Below, piece after piece: positions 1-18,465 of a DNA stretch of 64,000 bases. Position numbers and translations under genes: made by a program. The DNA is taken from NCBI RefSeq assembly GCF_009914755.1, contig NC_060926.1, one strand, 5' to 3'. Position 1 is the first letter of the stretch; each line of letters begins with the position of its first letter. Source of the stretch: the human T2T-CHM13v2.0 reference genome, Homo sapiens. The notes under the pieces were generated by a model. The model was not told the origin of the DNA. It did not search any database and saw only the letters and a program-made list of their open reading frames with translations.

Positions 1-564
1 TTATTGGCAAAGGCACTGGCTCATATTTCTAAGAGATCATTTAGAATGCCAGGGGCAGCAGAGGATGGGTCTTCCTTGCAGAGAGAAGTTTGATTTACAT
101 TTCAGAAGGATCTTTCCTGGCATTTTAGGCCACTTGGCATTAAAAAGAGACTTGTGGGGCATTGTCTGGAAGGGGACTTTTGCCACTGTGAGCTGGTGAC
201 AAGCTGACTAGAAGTGGGGGTGTCAAAGGCTGGAATCACCACATTGCTGGGGGCGGATGAGGGGACAGTTAGTGGATTTGGGGTCTGTTCTTTCTCATCT
301 CTCTTGGTGACCCTTCCCCTCCATCAGGAAATGAGGTGCTGAGCCATCTCTATGGTCCCAGCCTTCGGTTTTGCTCTGTTTGGGGCGTTTCAGAGAGCTG
401 GACTGTCCCAGGCCCCTTGGGAATTGGAAGCAAGTCCTAGAACTTTCTGGAACACAGAGAGTGGTCTGTTGGGCCTTCCTTTGCTTCCTCAGTTCCCACC
501 CTCCTCCTCCACTCCTTTCTAGGACTTTCCTTCCTCCACCCCTGGATCCTCCAATGTTAACGGA

Positions 565-1156
<592 letters not shown>

Positions 1157-2509
1157 AGTAAGGCCTGACCATGTTCCTGAGAGCTCCGTAGTGGACCTGA
1201 TGGGAAAGTAGTGGATGGCATTGGTGGTGGCTGAGCCAGCAGGGTGCCTGCTCAGAGAGCTGGTTATTAATGGAGTGCTAACCAGTCACTCTAGATGAGA
1301 AATACACAGATCACATTTAAACACAGGGAAAGCTGTTTACAGGAAAATGATAAAATAGCAGAACGTAAAGTTATGGGTATACTGTGCTTACGTTGTCATA
1401 AAAATGTGTACATATGGATAGAGAGGAAGGTGTCCCACGTGGAGAAATGAAAAGGTGCCTTAGGGGGCAGGTTGGGAGTAAGAGCAGTTTTTCTTTCTAT
1501 TCTATTTTTCTGTTTAAATTTTCCTATAATGTTCTTATAATAAGTGTTGATGAGCACTCGCAGCCACCAGGGGAAGCAGCTACCCAGGCAGAAGGCTATT
1601 CTGGGTCTCAGGTGGGCTTTAGGGAGAGGGACCCTGAGCTCTGGACCAGGGTTAGGAGGAGGTGCCCCGGGCATGTGGAGGCTGGCAGCCCTCGCTCCTG
1701 TGAACTGGCGGCTGGGGCTGCATCTCGCCCACGTCGCTGTCATGTGCGGGGCCCACGTTGTGAGTTGTGTGTCTGCTCACTATTGTGCTGTAGCCTCTGG
1801 AAGTTGCTTAGGAGCTTGGGATTTCGTGGAGAGGTGGGAGTTAGTTGCTTCTGTCCAAAGAGGTCGGCCAATGGGGGCCATTCTGAGTTCAGAAACCGCT
1901 GGCTTGGAGCCCGATGGACCCAGCCAGGCCCAGCTCTGCTGTTGACCAGTTATGTGCTCTGGGACTCAGGTTAAGTCTGTGGGTGGCAAAACTGGCACCT
2001 CCCATCCCATCTTCCCTCCATCCCCTCCCCCCACCCCCATGTCTCACTCTGAGCCTTAGGGAGTTGGTGCCACCTAGCTACGCTCACTGACACGCATCTC
2101 ATGCTGTGCTAGGATGTTGTCCCCATGTTAGTGTGCCCTCTCCAGGGAGACTGCCAGCCCTCGTGGGTGTGCATCTTCTGCTTCTGCATCCTTGGTCACT
2201 GCCAGCAGAGGTCTGGGCACATGGTGGTGGACAGTGGCTATTAACTGTGGTTGTGCTGGAATGGAGGAGGCCTGGTGTCTGGTCTTGGAGTCAAGAATGC
2301 ATGTGCTTAAGGATTCCAAGATCACACGGAGGAGGGTATGATTAGCTCTGGGAAGCGGGGAGGCAGGAAGGAGGGCAAGAGACCTCGACCTGTTCTTGGG
2401 AAGGAAAGAGCAGGTGAGGGTGGGGTACTGTTCCAAGCACGGGAAACAGAGCCCCAGGAGGTGGCCATGGCCCTGGGGCTGGGGCTGGGGCTGGGAGGCG
2501 GTTGCTCCA

Positions 2510-3110
2510 GCATGCAGTCACTGAGCCCTCCTGTATGCACTGCTGCAGGTGCTGGGAGACCGTGAAGTGCAAAGCAGATGGAGTCCAGGCCCTCGGGGAG
2601 ACAGCACGCCAGTGAGGGAGATGGAGACCAATCACCCACCCAGTGTGCGGTAAGTCAGACGGTGACAAGCTCTGAAGACAAGGAAAGCAGGGAGGAAGGG
2701 GCGGGCTATGCCCCCTGCTCTTTCATGTGGGGAGCCAGAGGGAGCCAGAGGATGTGGGGATCGACCACGTGGTTAGGGGAGGAAAGCATGTTTCAGGCGG
2801 AGGGTGGGCAAGCGCAAAGGCCCTGTGGCAGGCGCGTCTGTGAGTGGTCAGAGCAGAGTGAGGGGTGGGAGATGGGGCTGGGTCAGTGGAGTGGGTGTGT
2901 ACATGCAGGTCTGCAGACCCAGGTAAAGAGTCTGGATTTCATTTCTAAGGGGATGAGAAGCTCGGGAAGGTCTGACCAGCCTTACGTCTTGAAAGGGAAT
3001 CCCCTGCTTCTGCGTGTCAGGTGTTACTCGGGGTGCGCCAGTGGAAGCGGGAGGCAGTTGCAGCTTTCAGGTGAGAAATGATGGCAACTCGCACGGTGGG
3101 GGAAGAGGGG
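2510..3110 (-). mobile_element. L2 LINE fragment
   Basis: Purine-rich antisense L2-like motifs (gcaaaggccctgtggcagg, gagtctggatttcatt, caggtgagaaatgatgg). Confidence 0.55.
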
Positions 3111-3369
3111 CCACTGTGGAGGTGGCTTGCGGGGCCTGTCATCTGCTGTTTCCTAGCTCAGTGTACAGGGCCCCCACGCACCCCTGCCAGGTCGGAAATC
3201 CAGGTACTGCCAGCCTCTGCCGTTCTACGTGTGGCCAGGCGGGGGAGCCTTCGCCCTCCCATGTCCCTCACCCCATGCCCCAGACAGCACGGTCCTGCGA
3301 TCCCCCTCCCATTCCAGTGCTCAGTATAGCCGTATCCCTGCAGGGCTCAGGCCCCCACCATGGCCAGAT

Positions 3370-4240
<871 letters not shown>

Positions 4241-4305
4241 CCCGCAGGGGAAGCTGCTGTGTCTGACACGGTAACGTGCAGGTTGCACTGGGGGGGCCTG
4301 GTTGA

Positions 4306-4662
<357 letters not shown>

Positions 4663-7191
4663 CCTCTGCCCACTTTCTTCCCCTTCCTCCTCTCCCGTCT
4701 CCACCAAGGCTGTCTCTGGAGTGGCTGTGGATCTGACAGAATGCATGTCCGCTCTGCCATCACTATTCACGCACAGCGCCTGTTGGGGACTCTCCTGTAA
4801 CCCAAGGGGGTAGCGGAAGGATGGAGCTTCAGGCCTTGAGGGCCAGGAAATGAATGTGGAAGACTGAATCCTCAGGGGACCCCAGCTCTGGGCCGGGTCT
4901 GGGGCTCTGTTTTGAGGACGGGGAGTGGGAGGAGGTGGCAGCAGGAGCCGGCGTCTGAGGCATCTCCTCACACTCTTCCAAGGTCAGAGACGAGGTCTCA
5001 GATACGCTTGCTAATGCACGATTTATTTCTTTTTCAATTTCCTTTGGAACCTGTGCTGTGCAGATGTTCACATGATGTGGTGGGGAAGTGAGTTTTATAA
5101 AACTCTTGGCAGAGTACCATTCGGCATCCCTGTGGTTCTAGAGATTTCTGGGGCCTCGGGGCTGTAGCACCAGCTGCAGACAGCTGCCTGCCTTCTTACA
5201 GTGCTCAGCTTTTGGGTCCAGCAGCTTTCTCAGTCCCAAACACGTGTGACCTCACGATTCTGGCCCTTCCATGATCCGCAACAAACTGTTCTGGTGTGTA
5301 GGTGGAATTCCTATTTTTAATAGCCAAGTTGTTGAGAAATTGTAGGGCTTCTACTTCCTTTTGAACGGAAGGGCTCCGGAGATATTTATATCTTTGCTTC
5401 TATAGAATCTAGGAGGTTGTCTTTACCCAGGGAGGGTCAGCATGTGGAGAGGGTCACCTGGGAGAGGCCCCGGTGTCAGCCTGCACTTGCCGTCAGTAAA
5501 TGGTACGACATTGAGCACCAAGGAGCTCAGCCAGCCCCTCGAGGGAAGTCCTAGCTGCCCACTGGGGGAAGGGCGGGGAGGCATGAAAACAATGACCCCA
5601 CTGGCTGGTGGGGGTGACCGTGTTATGCAAAGTGTACACCATGTAGCATGAGCACCGGGCCGGGAGCCCCCAAGGCTGCTGGGGAATCAGGGAGACACCA
5701 AAGAGGAGGTGGCCTTTCCCTTGAAGGGTAAGGGATCTGTAGGAGTCTGTGGGAGAGTGGAAGCTGCGGGAGGGGAAGGAGGGAGGGAAGGAGGCCTGGA
5801 GAGAGGAGGGAGGCTCTTGCATTCCAGGCAGGTATGGGAGCTCCTGGCAGAGTTTGCAGTACCCAGTGGCTCAGTGTGGTTGGAGTTGGCTGTGGGCCAG
5901 GTGGGTGGGTAGACAGGGGCCAGGTCTGGAGGGGTTTTTAGTGCTGTGCTGAGGGGTCTGAAGTCCATCCCGAAAGTTGTAACTGGGGAGTGGCACGGTG
6001 GTGAGTTAGAGCCACGTCATTCAAACTTTCTCAAATTCCCATACATAGAGACCTAGTGTGCACACTCGCAGCCCAGGCTTGTGAGCTGCAGTCGCCCTTG
6101 CCATGTGCAGCTCGTTCTGGCGTGTTCTGTTCTGCTTCTATTCTGGCTCATTTGTTCTATGAACAATGCTGTTTGCAATCCTCTACATTGGCTTCCTCTC
6201 TCCCTGAATATTTTTGATCTGCAGTTAGAACAACACTGGATTGGCAAGAGGGAGACTGAGGCGGGAACCCAGGCAGAGGCTGCTGTGAGTCCAGCTAGGA
6301 TGAGACGTGGGTGCCAGACAGTGGGCCTGGGGCAGACCCCAGGGACTCCGCAGTGAAGACCCCACCTCAGTGGTCCTGGGCCCCAGGCCTCAAGAGACTT
6401 GGGGCAGCTCCCTAAGCAGCAAGAGGGGTCCTGTCATCGTGAGGCGTGTTGAGGATCCAGAAGCTGTGGTTTCATAACTCCGTCACTGTGTGGTGTCTGA
6501 AAGCCATTTCATTAAATGTCACATGGAATCAAAATAGAAATTACATCTCTGGGACAAAGCCCATTGAGCCAGGAGCCAGGGATTCTGAATTGGAACCAGA
6601 ATAGCCTCCGAAGCTGGGACTGTGGATCCAAGGCTGCCCCCACCCCCTGGGTCTCGCTCACATCTGCACTCCCCAGAGGGGGCAGGTGGTCCTGGAGCCT
6701 AGCCTACCTGCCGAGAGTCAGAGGTGGCTGCAGGGGAACCATGGCAGCCCTCCTTCTCACACTCATCCTGGGCACCCTGCACCAGCAGAAGGGTTTACAT
6801 GTACAATCACCCATCCCTAGCCCCTTCTGGGAGGGAAGCATATCTTACGGATGGCGACCTTGAGGCTCAGGGAGGTTAAGGTGCCAGCCTGAGATCACAC
6901 AGCCAGTGAGAGGCAGAGACAGGGCTTAAACTCCAGACGATGGCTCCAGAGCCCCCTCTCTTTTCCATGCCCTGGGCTGCCTCTTTCCCCAGTGCACCTT
7001 GCTTTTTGGAACCAGATGACCAATGTGGAAAGACATGAACTGATTCAATCAGAGTGTATGGAGAAGGGACTTAGAGACCCTGGTATTTTTAAAGCTCCCT
7101 GGTAATTCTCATGTGCAGCTAGGGTGGGGCGCCTCTGCTCTGCGGAATAGGGAAGGGGTGTAAGTGGCCCTGTGTCTCCCCTCTGTCCCCA

Positions 7192-7210
7192 CCTGCCACC
7201 TGCTGGTCCA
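7192..7210 (-). promoter_or_regulatory. Candidate CTCF motif
   Basis: Reverse complement TGGACCAGCAGGTGGCAGG fits CCASYAGRKGGCRS; motif only. Confidence 0.4.
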
Positions 7211-7644
7211 TCCATTCAGCCGTTGCACGGACAGGTTGCCTTCTGGGGGCTGCTAGCCCCCTTGCACTGGGCAACGCTGTGTCCCCTCTGTCCCTCCCCC
7301 CAGCGCATGCTCCTCTCTCTGCCCCTGCTGCAGGTGGGCCATGCTTGGAGGGGCGCAGGAGAGCTGAGATGGGGTGGGGATGGATCAGGCCTTGAGGGGG
7401 TGCCTGGTAAGCCCCGGGAAGGGTAGGGAGGAGGAGGAGGGAGAGGAGAGGGCAGTGCAAGGGCAGCGACCCCCAGCCTTGCCCCCGTTTTGAGCACGGG
7501 GAAAGTGTACACAGGTAGTGAGGAAATGCCTGCGTTTGGGTGCGTGTTCATTTCTAATCCATTTTCACTTTTTGTGTATTCTTTCTATCTACTTTTTAAA
7601 GGTTTGTTTCTTTTCTAACTTCCTGTTTTAGATGTATACTTTAG

Positions 7645-7947
<303 letters not shown>

Positions 7948-7973
7948 TTAGTTTCTTTATTTAAAGATAAGGG

Positions 7974-8357
7974 TTTTTTTTTGTTTTGTTTTGTTTTTGA
8001 GACAGAATCTCACTCTGTTGCCCAGGCAGGAGTGCAGTGGCACAGTTGTAGCTCACTGCAACCTCAACCTCCTGGGCTCAAGTGATCCTCCCACCTCATC
8101 TGAGTATCAGGGACTACAGGCATGCACTACCACACCCAGCTAATTTTTGTATTTTTTTTGTAGAGACAGGGTTTCGCCCTGTTGCCCAGGCAACAAGCAA
8201 ATCTGCCCACCTCAGCCTTCCAAAATGCTGGGATTACAGGCGTGAGCCACCACGCCCGGCTAGAGATAAGTTTCTCAAACTCCTGGGCTTAAGCCATCCA
8301 CCCACCTTGGCCTTCCAAAATGTTGAGACTACAGGTGTGAGCCTTTGCATTCGCCTT
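7974..8357 (-). mobile_element. AluJ-like plus adjacent left-monomer fragment
   Basis: ctgggctcaagtgatcctccc J-type motifs; extra monomer at 8261-8357. Confidence 0.85.
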
Positions 8358-8514
8358 GAATTCCTTTTTCAATAGTATGTTTCCTACTAAAAACACTTAT
8401 GAAAAGTGTGTATTTTCTCTTACCCCTTCTCCTTTTTTGCCATCTAATTTTAGATTATATTTCTTAGTGTTTGTCTTTAAAATGTACTTATACCTCTATG
8501 CTATCTTTTTCTTA

Positions 8515-8916
<402 letters not shown>

Positions 8917-9640
8917 TCATTTCTAAATTCATGGTTTATATTTATATATGTCCTTAATCCTCACTCACATTGGCCCTACAGGTAGATTCATTGCTCACTG
9001 TCAGTTCTCTTGCTGAAGTTTTCCTATTTTTCTCTTGATTTGCTGAAATTCCTTCTCCAGTAGTTTAATCAAAAGGGACTAAATGAAAAAAAAAATATTC
9101 AGTTGTTGCAAGTTCAAAAAGGTTTTTAGTCTTTGTGTTTGATTGACAGCTTTCCAGCATATAAAATTCTTAGGCCACACTTTCTTTCCTTGAGAACTTC
9201 ACAGATGTCACTTCTGTCTCTAGAGTTAAATGCCACTGTGGGAAAGTCTGAGTCTAACTTCTATTTTGTTACCCTTTATGAATTGATGTTTTCACTTGAC
9301 TGTCCAAAGTCTTTTTTATTTAGCTGTTTCCCCCTTTCTTTTATATTTTAAGTCTAGTTACTTTCATAGAAATTACCTTGTTATTGACAGATTTTTGTCA
9401 TTTTCCCCAAGACATGGTGTGCCCTTTCAGTTCGTAGATTTATCTTCTTTTACTTCAAGAAAATTTTCTTGAATGATATCTTTAAATATTTATGTTCCCC
9501 TATTTGAGTTTTCTATTCTGGGATATATGATGGGTCCTTTGTAGATCTTCCAAATCTGTAATTTTCTCTGTAATCTCTTTACACCGTTCATTTTCATTTC
9601 CTTTTGCTCACTTTCCTCAGTCTTGTTCTCAGTGTCTTGA

Positions 9641-10113
<473 letters not shown>

Positions 10114-10265
10114 CTGCTTTATTAATTTTTGTTGTTGTTTAATTTTCAGCGAAAAGTTTGCTGGCAATTTTCATCTGTTCTATGACAACATTTTTACTAG
10201 TGAGTTTTCACTTGCCACTTGTTTTTCCTGTTCCTTTTCTCGTTTTTATTTTTTAATTCTTGCAG

Positions 10266-10320
10266 TGTCTTCCTGTAGATGCTGCGCTGTTTGCTTTTTT
10301 ATTTCTCATCTTTGGGCAAG
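10266..10320 (+). other. Candidate non-coding exon (55 nt) in antisense L1
   Basis: Polypyrimidine tract plus ttgcag acceptor; consensus donor AAG|GTAAGT at 10320/10321. Confidence 0.25.
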
Positions 10321-10717
10321 GTAAGTTTTTCTTCAACCATCTATTTGCCAGAGGTTTGTGTGGGAGAAGAAGCGAGGACTACACCCAGTGCCATGTGCAG
10401 TTGTAGGGCTGCTCATGTGCAGTCTGGTGATTCCTCTTTTTGCCTGCAAGTGTGGCTTGTCTGTGTGATTGTCTGTGTCTGATCTGCTGCTTCTGCTTCT
10501 TGGTTCCAAGCTTACCTGTATCTCACATGCCACTGTCATGAGATCACAGGCCCCACTCCTGCTCATGCAGATAAGGGACGTTGGTTGGTGGGCAGTGTGA
10601 TCCCTTCTCACTGCTTCTTCCCAAACATCTGTGTGGTATTTCCTGCCTGGGCAACCCTCTGACTCGTTTCTAGTTTGGGTTTCATCTCTCATCTGTTTCC
10701 ATTGGAAATGGAGTGTA

Positions 10718-11181
<464 letters not shown>

Positions 11182-11506
11182 TTACTGTGGGATGATTTTT
11201 TTTTTTTCGACTTTATTGGTGTATAATTGACATACAATAAACTGCGCCTATTGAATGTGTTATTAGTAAGTTCTGACATATGTATACACCCATGCAGCTG
11301 TCACAACCATCAGCCACTAGACATCCTGTCACCCTCCACAGCTTCCTCATGCTGTTTCTTACCTCCACTCCCATTTTCAGACAAACTGACTGCTTTCCGT
11401 CGCCAGAGTTTACATTTTCTAGAATTTCATGTAAATAGAATCCTACAGTGTGTTGTGTTTTTTTTTTTTTTTTTTTTTTTGATGTGGTTTCTCTCACTTA
11501 GCATAG

Positions 11507-11802
<296 letters not shown>

Positions 11803-11919
11803 TAGCATAGTTATTTTGAAGTCCATCAGTTGTATATAACAGTGGTTCATTCCTTCTTATTGCTGTGTTGCATTTCATTGTATGGCTATGCCATATTTAT
11901 TCATCCATTCACCTGGTGA

Positions 11920-12283
<364 letters not shown>

Positions 12284-12599
12284 CACATTGCTGTTGAGGA
12301 GGTGCATAGGAGCAGAATGACTGGGTCATATAGTAGGTTTCACTTTTTAAGAAGTGACCCAACTGCTCTTCAAAGTGACCATACCGCTTTACATGCCTCT
12401 GAGCACATAAGAGCAACACAAGAGTCCCAGTTGCTTCATACCCTTGCCAACACTTGGCATGGCCAATCTTTTACATTTTAGCCCTCCGAGTGGGTGTCTA
12501 GTGTATATCCTTGTGGTTTTCATGTACATTTCACCAATAACAACTGGCATGAGCCTTTTTAAATGTACTTATTTTTTATATGTACACCATCTTTGGTGA

Positions 12600-12932
<333 letters not shown>

Positions 12933-13081
12933 CCCTTTGCCCATTTAAAAATATCGAGTTGTGTTATATATTAGGTTTAACAGCTCTTTATTCTAGTTAC
13001 ACGTCTTTTATCAGATATATGACTTGTAAATATTTTCTGTAGTCTGTGCCCTTCTTTTTCATTTTATTCAGTGTCTTTTGA

Positions 13082-13468
<387 letters not shown>

Positions 13469-13499
13469 CCTGTGTACTATTCTTAAGAAATCTTTCCCT

Positions 13500-13732
13500 G
13501 TGGTGAAAAGGGAACTCTTGGACATGGTTGGTGGGGGTGTCGATTGGTACAGCCATTATGGAAAGCAGTATGGAGGTTTCTAAATAAATAAAAAATAGAA
13601 CTACCATATGACTGACCAAAGGAAATTATATCACCACCTTGTAAAGATAGCTGCACTCCTGTGTTAATTGCAGCATTATTCACATTAGCCACGATATGGA
13701 AACAACCTAGGTGTTGATGAATGAAGGGATCA
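13500..13732 (+). mobile_element. L1M fragment, sense
   Basis: ggtacagccattatggaaagcagtatggagg..aatagaactaccatatga..gcagcattattcaca. Confidence 0.8.
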
Positions 13733-13735
13733 AAG

Positions 13736-14111
<376 letters not shown>

Positions 14112-14274
14112 TTAATTTTTGTGTATGGTATGAGGTTGGAGATTGGGGCTTATTTTTCTGTTCTCTTTGAGCCGGTTTCTCGGAGGAGAGAGAGGACCCA
14201 CCAGCTCCTCTGCTGTGTCAAGCTATTATACAAGGCCCCATATAGGCTGAGGTTTCTGTTTTTTTCTTCTCTAG

Positions 14275-14315
14275 GAAAAAAAGAGGAAAAGCCATCAGCA
14301 ATACCAAGGGAAACA
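14275..14315 (+). other. Candidate 41-nt microexon
   Basis: tttctgtttttttcttctctAG acceptor, purine-rich body, ACA|GTAAGC donor. Confidence 0.3.
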
Positions 14316-14519
14316 GTAAGCTAAGATTGGCATAGTTCTCAGCAAGCCTCACAGCGATTCTCTGCTCCCTCCCTCACCCCTTGCCTACCTTTAATCCAAA
14401 AATGATTTTACCAGAATGTCCAACAAATAAGACAAGACCCAAAAGCACTGAGAACTTTTTCTTGCTGCCAAGTATAAAACACAGACCAGTATAGTGGCTT
14501 AAAAAAGCAAATTCCCAGG

Positions 14520-14760
14520 AAAATTTATAGAGATGGAAAATAGGACAGTAGAATAGCAGGGACTGGGGAGGGGAGAAGGGAGAGGTGCTGTTGAACAGGT
14601 AGAGTTTCTGTTTGGGCTGATGGAAAAGTTCTGGAAAAGAAATTGTTGATGGTTGCACAAGATTGTGAATATTCATAATACCATTGAATGGCACAGTTAA
14701 AAATGATTAAAATGGTACATTGGGTTACCTATGTTTTACCACAATTAAAGAGTATTTTTA
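14520..14760 (+). mobile_element. L1MB-like 3' end
   Basis: gagtttctgtttgggctgatggaaaagttctgga..gatggttgcacaa..ttttaccacaatt. Confidence 0.8.
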
Positions 14761-14877
14761 AAAAAGCATATTCCCTCTGGGGTTAGTTAGCTGTAGTCAA
14801 CACCTAAGTTCCCCAGTGATGAACTGAAGTATGGACCATCAGCATAAATGTGAATTAAAATTAAATATTGCCAGGCA

Positions 14878-15204
14878 GGCTGGGCGTGGTGGCTCACGCC
14901 TGTAATCCCAGCACTTTGGGAGGCCTAGGCGGGCAGATCGCTTGAGGTCAGGGGTTCTAGACCAGCCTGGCCAACATAGCGAGACCTCGCCTCTACTAAA
15001 ATAAATACAAAAATTAGCTGGGTGTGGTGGCACACACCTGTAGTCCCAGCTACTTGGGAGGCTGAGGCAGGAGAATTGCTTGAACCTGGTGGGTGGTTGG
15101 GTGGGGGGTGGGTGCACAGAGGTTGCAGTGAGTCAAGATGGCATCATTGCACTCCAGCCTGGGTGACAGAGCGAGACTCCATCTCAAAAAAAAAAAAAAA
15201 AAAA
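14878..15204 (+). mobile_element. AluS with internal G-rich expansion
   Basis: Full Alu; gggtggttgggtggggggtggg at 15091-15112 replaces the consensus gggaggcgg. Confidence 0.9.
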
Positions 15205-15331
15205 TTATCAGGCAGTATGAGGTTGCATGGTCAATATCCTAACAGTCACAAAGCAAGCAAGTGATCTTGAGGGGGAAAGGGAGGAGGTGGGAAGAAAGGA
15301 GGAGGACCAAGTTCCGCTGAGTGGCTAATAA

Positions 15332-15693
<362 letters not shown>

Positions 15694-16824
15694 TGATTCT
15701 TAAGCCTAACATAGTTAAATTGCTCTGTAAAAAAAAAAACAGTGGCTTTATATTCAAGACCATGTTGCTTCCAACTGAATTGGCCACTGACACTGGGATA
15801 CTGAGCAGTGAACAGACCACAAGGAAGACATCACTCTCGGATCCTGTTTGAAACCAACAGCTACAGCAAAACACTAGTCTTGATTCAGGGCCTAATGGGG
15901 TTTCTTTAATTAGCAAGTTTACATTCATGGAGTCTTGTGAAAATGGTTAGATAAATTGCAGAGAAATAAATAAGTATTTTGTACATCTGAGTATTATTGT
16001 TAATTTCCACCTGGCTACATGAGGCTCCCTCCTCTGGGTTTTCTCTCTATGCCCTTTTGCTGTGGACAGAAGGTACCTTGCTCATTCATCCATCCAGCCG
16101 GTGAGCCAGGGGGCAGCCCGGAGGGAGGAGTGGAGGGGATGTGGGCCTGGAATTAGACTGAGCTTGGTGTGTCCCCAGCTCAGGCCGCACTGCCAGGCCC
16201 TGGTTTCGTTACTATGAAATGAGGGGTGGGGTGGGTATCTGGTCTCCCACTCCCCATTACTGAGGGGTTCCCGGGCTCTCCTCCACCCTCTGATTCCTCC
16301 CCCTCTTCTGTTCCAGTCCAGAATGCCTCCTTTCTGCCTAAACGCCTCTGATCTTCATTTGATCATCAGCAGCTGCAGACCCATGAGCCACTGGGCCTGA
16401 CCTGGGAGACACTGGCCCTCCACTTCCAGTGCTCTCCAGCTGGATTTCCTCCAGAACAGTGGCAAAGAGTTCGCCCAGAGCTGCGTCCCCTCCCTGGGAA
16501 GCAGCGCTGAGTCAGGGTTACCTGGCTCCACTGTGCCCCTAGCGAGGTGAAAGTTCGCACAATGACATGGGCTCTCTGTTGAGGATAAGGAGGCTACAGC
16601 CCAAGGAGCTTGTGCACCGCAGGCAGAGCCACTCAGGTCATCTTCCAGAGCGGGATGTCTGACTCCAGAGCCCGCCAGCCCACACTGCTCTCCTGAGGAC
16701 TGGGTTTCTCTGGCCTGAGTCTGCCTGAGTCTACAGGAAGAACCCTGCTGGCACCCCAGTAAGCCCCTCTAGACCTTGGAGCTCTAACTGCTCTCAGAGC
16801 TCACTTTTCAGTTAGCCTGTAAGG

Positions 16825-17027
16825 CAGGGGTGTCCAATCTTTTGGCTTCCCTTGGCCACATTGGAAGGAGAATTGGCTTGTGTCACACATAAAATACACT
16901 AACACTAACGATAGCTGATGAGCTAAAAACAATTAAAAATCACAAACTCATAATGTTTTAAGAAAGTTTATAAATTTGTGTTGGGCCACATTCAAAGCCG
17001 TTCTGGGCTACGGGTTGGACAAGCTTG
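16825..17027 (+). mobile_element. MER30 hAT-Charlie element
   Basis: Ends caggggtgtccaatc...gttggacaagcttg as in MER30; degenerate 8-bp TSD ctgtaagg/ctataatg. Confidence 0.9.
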
Positions 17028-17324
17028 CTATAATGGATCAGAGATATGTACAGTCTTAAAGAAGAAACAGCTCCCAGGCCTGTAAGACCTATCAGGGCAC
17101 TCACTGAATGCTGTGAGCAGGGGAAGGGGCAGTCCTGGGCAGTGGGGTCCTCTCTGGGGGTCCAGCTGTGTCTCCAGTCGTCTGGGGAGCTGGGAACAGC
17201 ACACCAGGGTTCTTGCCTCCTGGGAAAGTTCTCACAGAAAGAGAGAACAGAGGTGCAAAAGCTAGGCCATGTTCATTATTCTTTCATTCCCTACTTATTG
17301 AGCTTTGACAATGTGTGAGGGACT

Positions 17325-17631
17325 GCTTGATTGATTGACTGATTGATTGGGACAGGGTCTCTGTCACCTAGGCTGGAGTGCAGTGGTGCAACCTCAGCTC
17401 CCTGTAACTTCCGCCTCCTGGGCTCAAGCCATCCTCCTACCTCAGCCTCCTGAGTAGCTGGGATTACAGGCCCACGCCACCACACCCGGCTACTTTTTGT
17501 ATTTTTTGGTAGAGACAGGGTTTCGCTATGCTGCCAGGCTGGTCTTGAACAACCAGGCTCGAGTGATCCTTCTGCCTCCCCTTGGGCTCCCAAAGTGATG
17601 GGATTATAGGCTTCAGCCACAGTGCCCAGCC
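17325..17631 (-). mobile_element. AluJ with (GATT)n-converted tail
   Basis: J-type motifs; tail reads ttgattgattgactgattgatt. Confidence 0.9.
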
Positions 17632-17700
17632 AGAGGAACGTTTCAGATGCTGGAATCAATGGTAGTGTGTTGGAGGAAGGGAGTTTCTGAGCTCAGCCCA

Positions 17701-18021
<321 letters not shown>

Positions 18022-18029
18022 TAATAGAC

Positions 18030-18465
18030 ATTTTTTTAAACTAAATTATTACACTACAGAAAAATGCACACATCATAAGAGCACAGCTCGATGCCTTTTC
18101 TCAAAGTGTATGCACTTGTGAAGTCAGCCTCCAGATGGAGAAAGAGAACATCATTAGCACCCAGGAAACCCCTCTTGGCTCCTCCCAGTCCTGACCACAC
18201 TAAGGCGCCTCCATCTCCACTTCCATCCCCAGAGATGGCCGCTGCTCGGTGTGGTACTTTATGCAGACAGGATCAAGGATGGTACACTTTTTGGTGCCCT
18301 TTTTTGGCTTGACTCAACATTATGCTTGTGAGACTGTGTTGCAGGTAGCTGTAATCTTTTTTGTTGCTGTAGAGAGTATTCCATTGTTTGACTATACTAC
18401 AGTTTGTTCATTCTACCCCTGATTGGCATTTGTGCATTTCATTTTTAAAATTATGAATAACTCTA
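18030..18465 (-). mobile_element. L1M 3' fragment, antisense
   Basis: aaaatgcacacatcataag; actcaacattatg; gagtattccattgt. Confidence 0.65.

Noticed and set aside
6740-6863. Short ORF MAALLLTLILGTLHQQ... with good Kozak context (accATGG) and hydrophobic N-terminus
   Set aside because: 40 codons, no recognisable homolog, promoter or splice structure; would need Ribo-seq and conservation.
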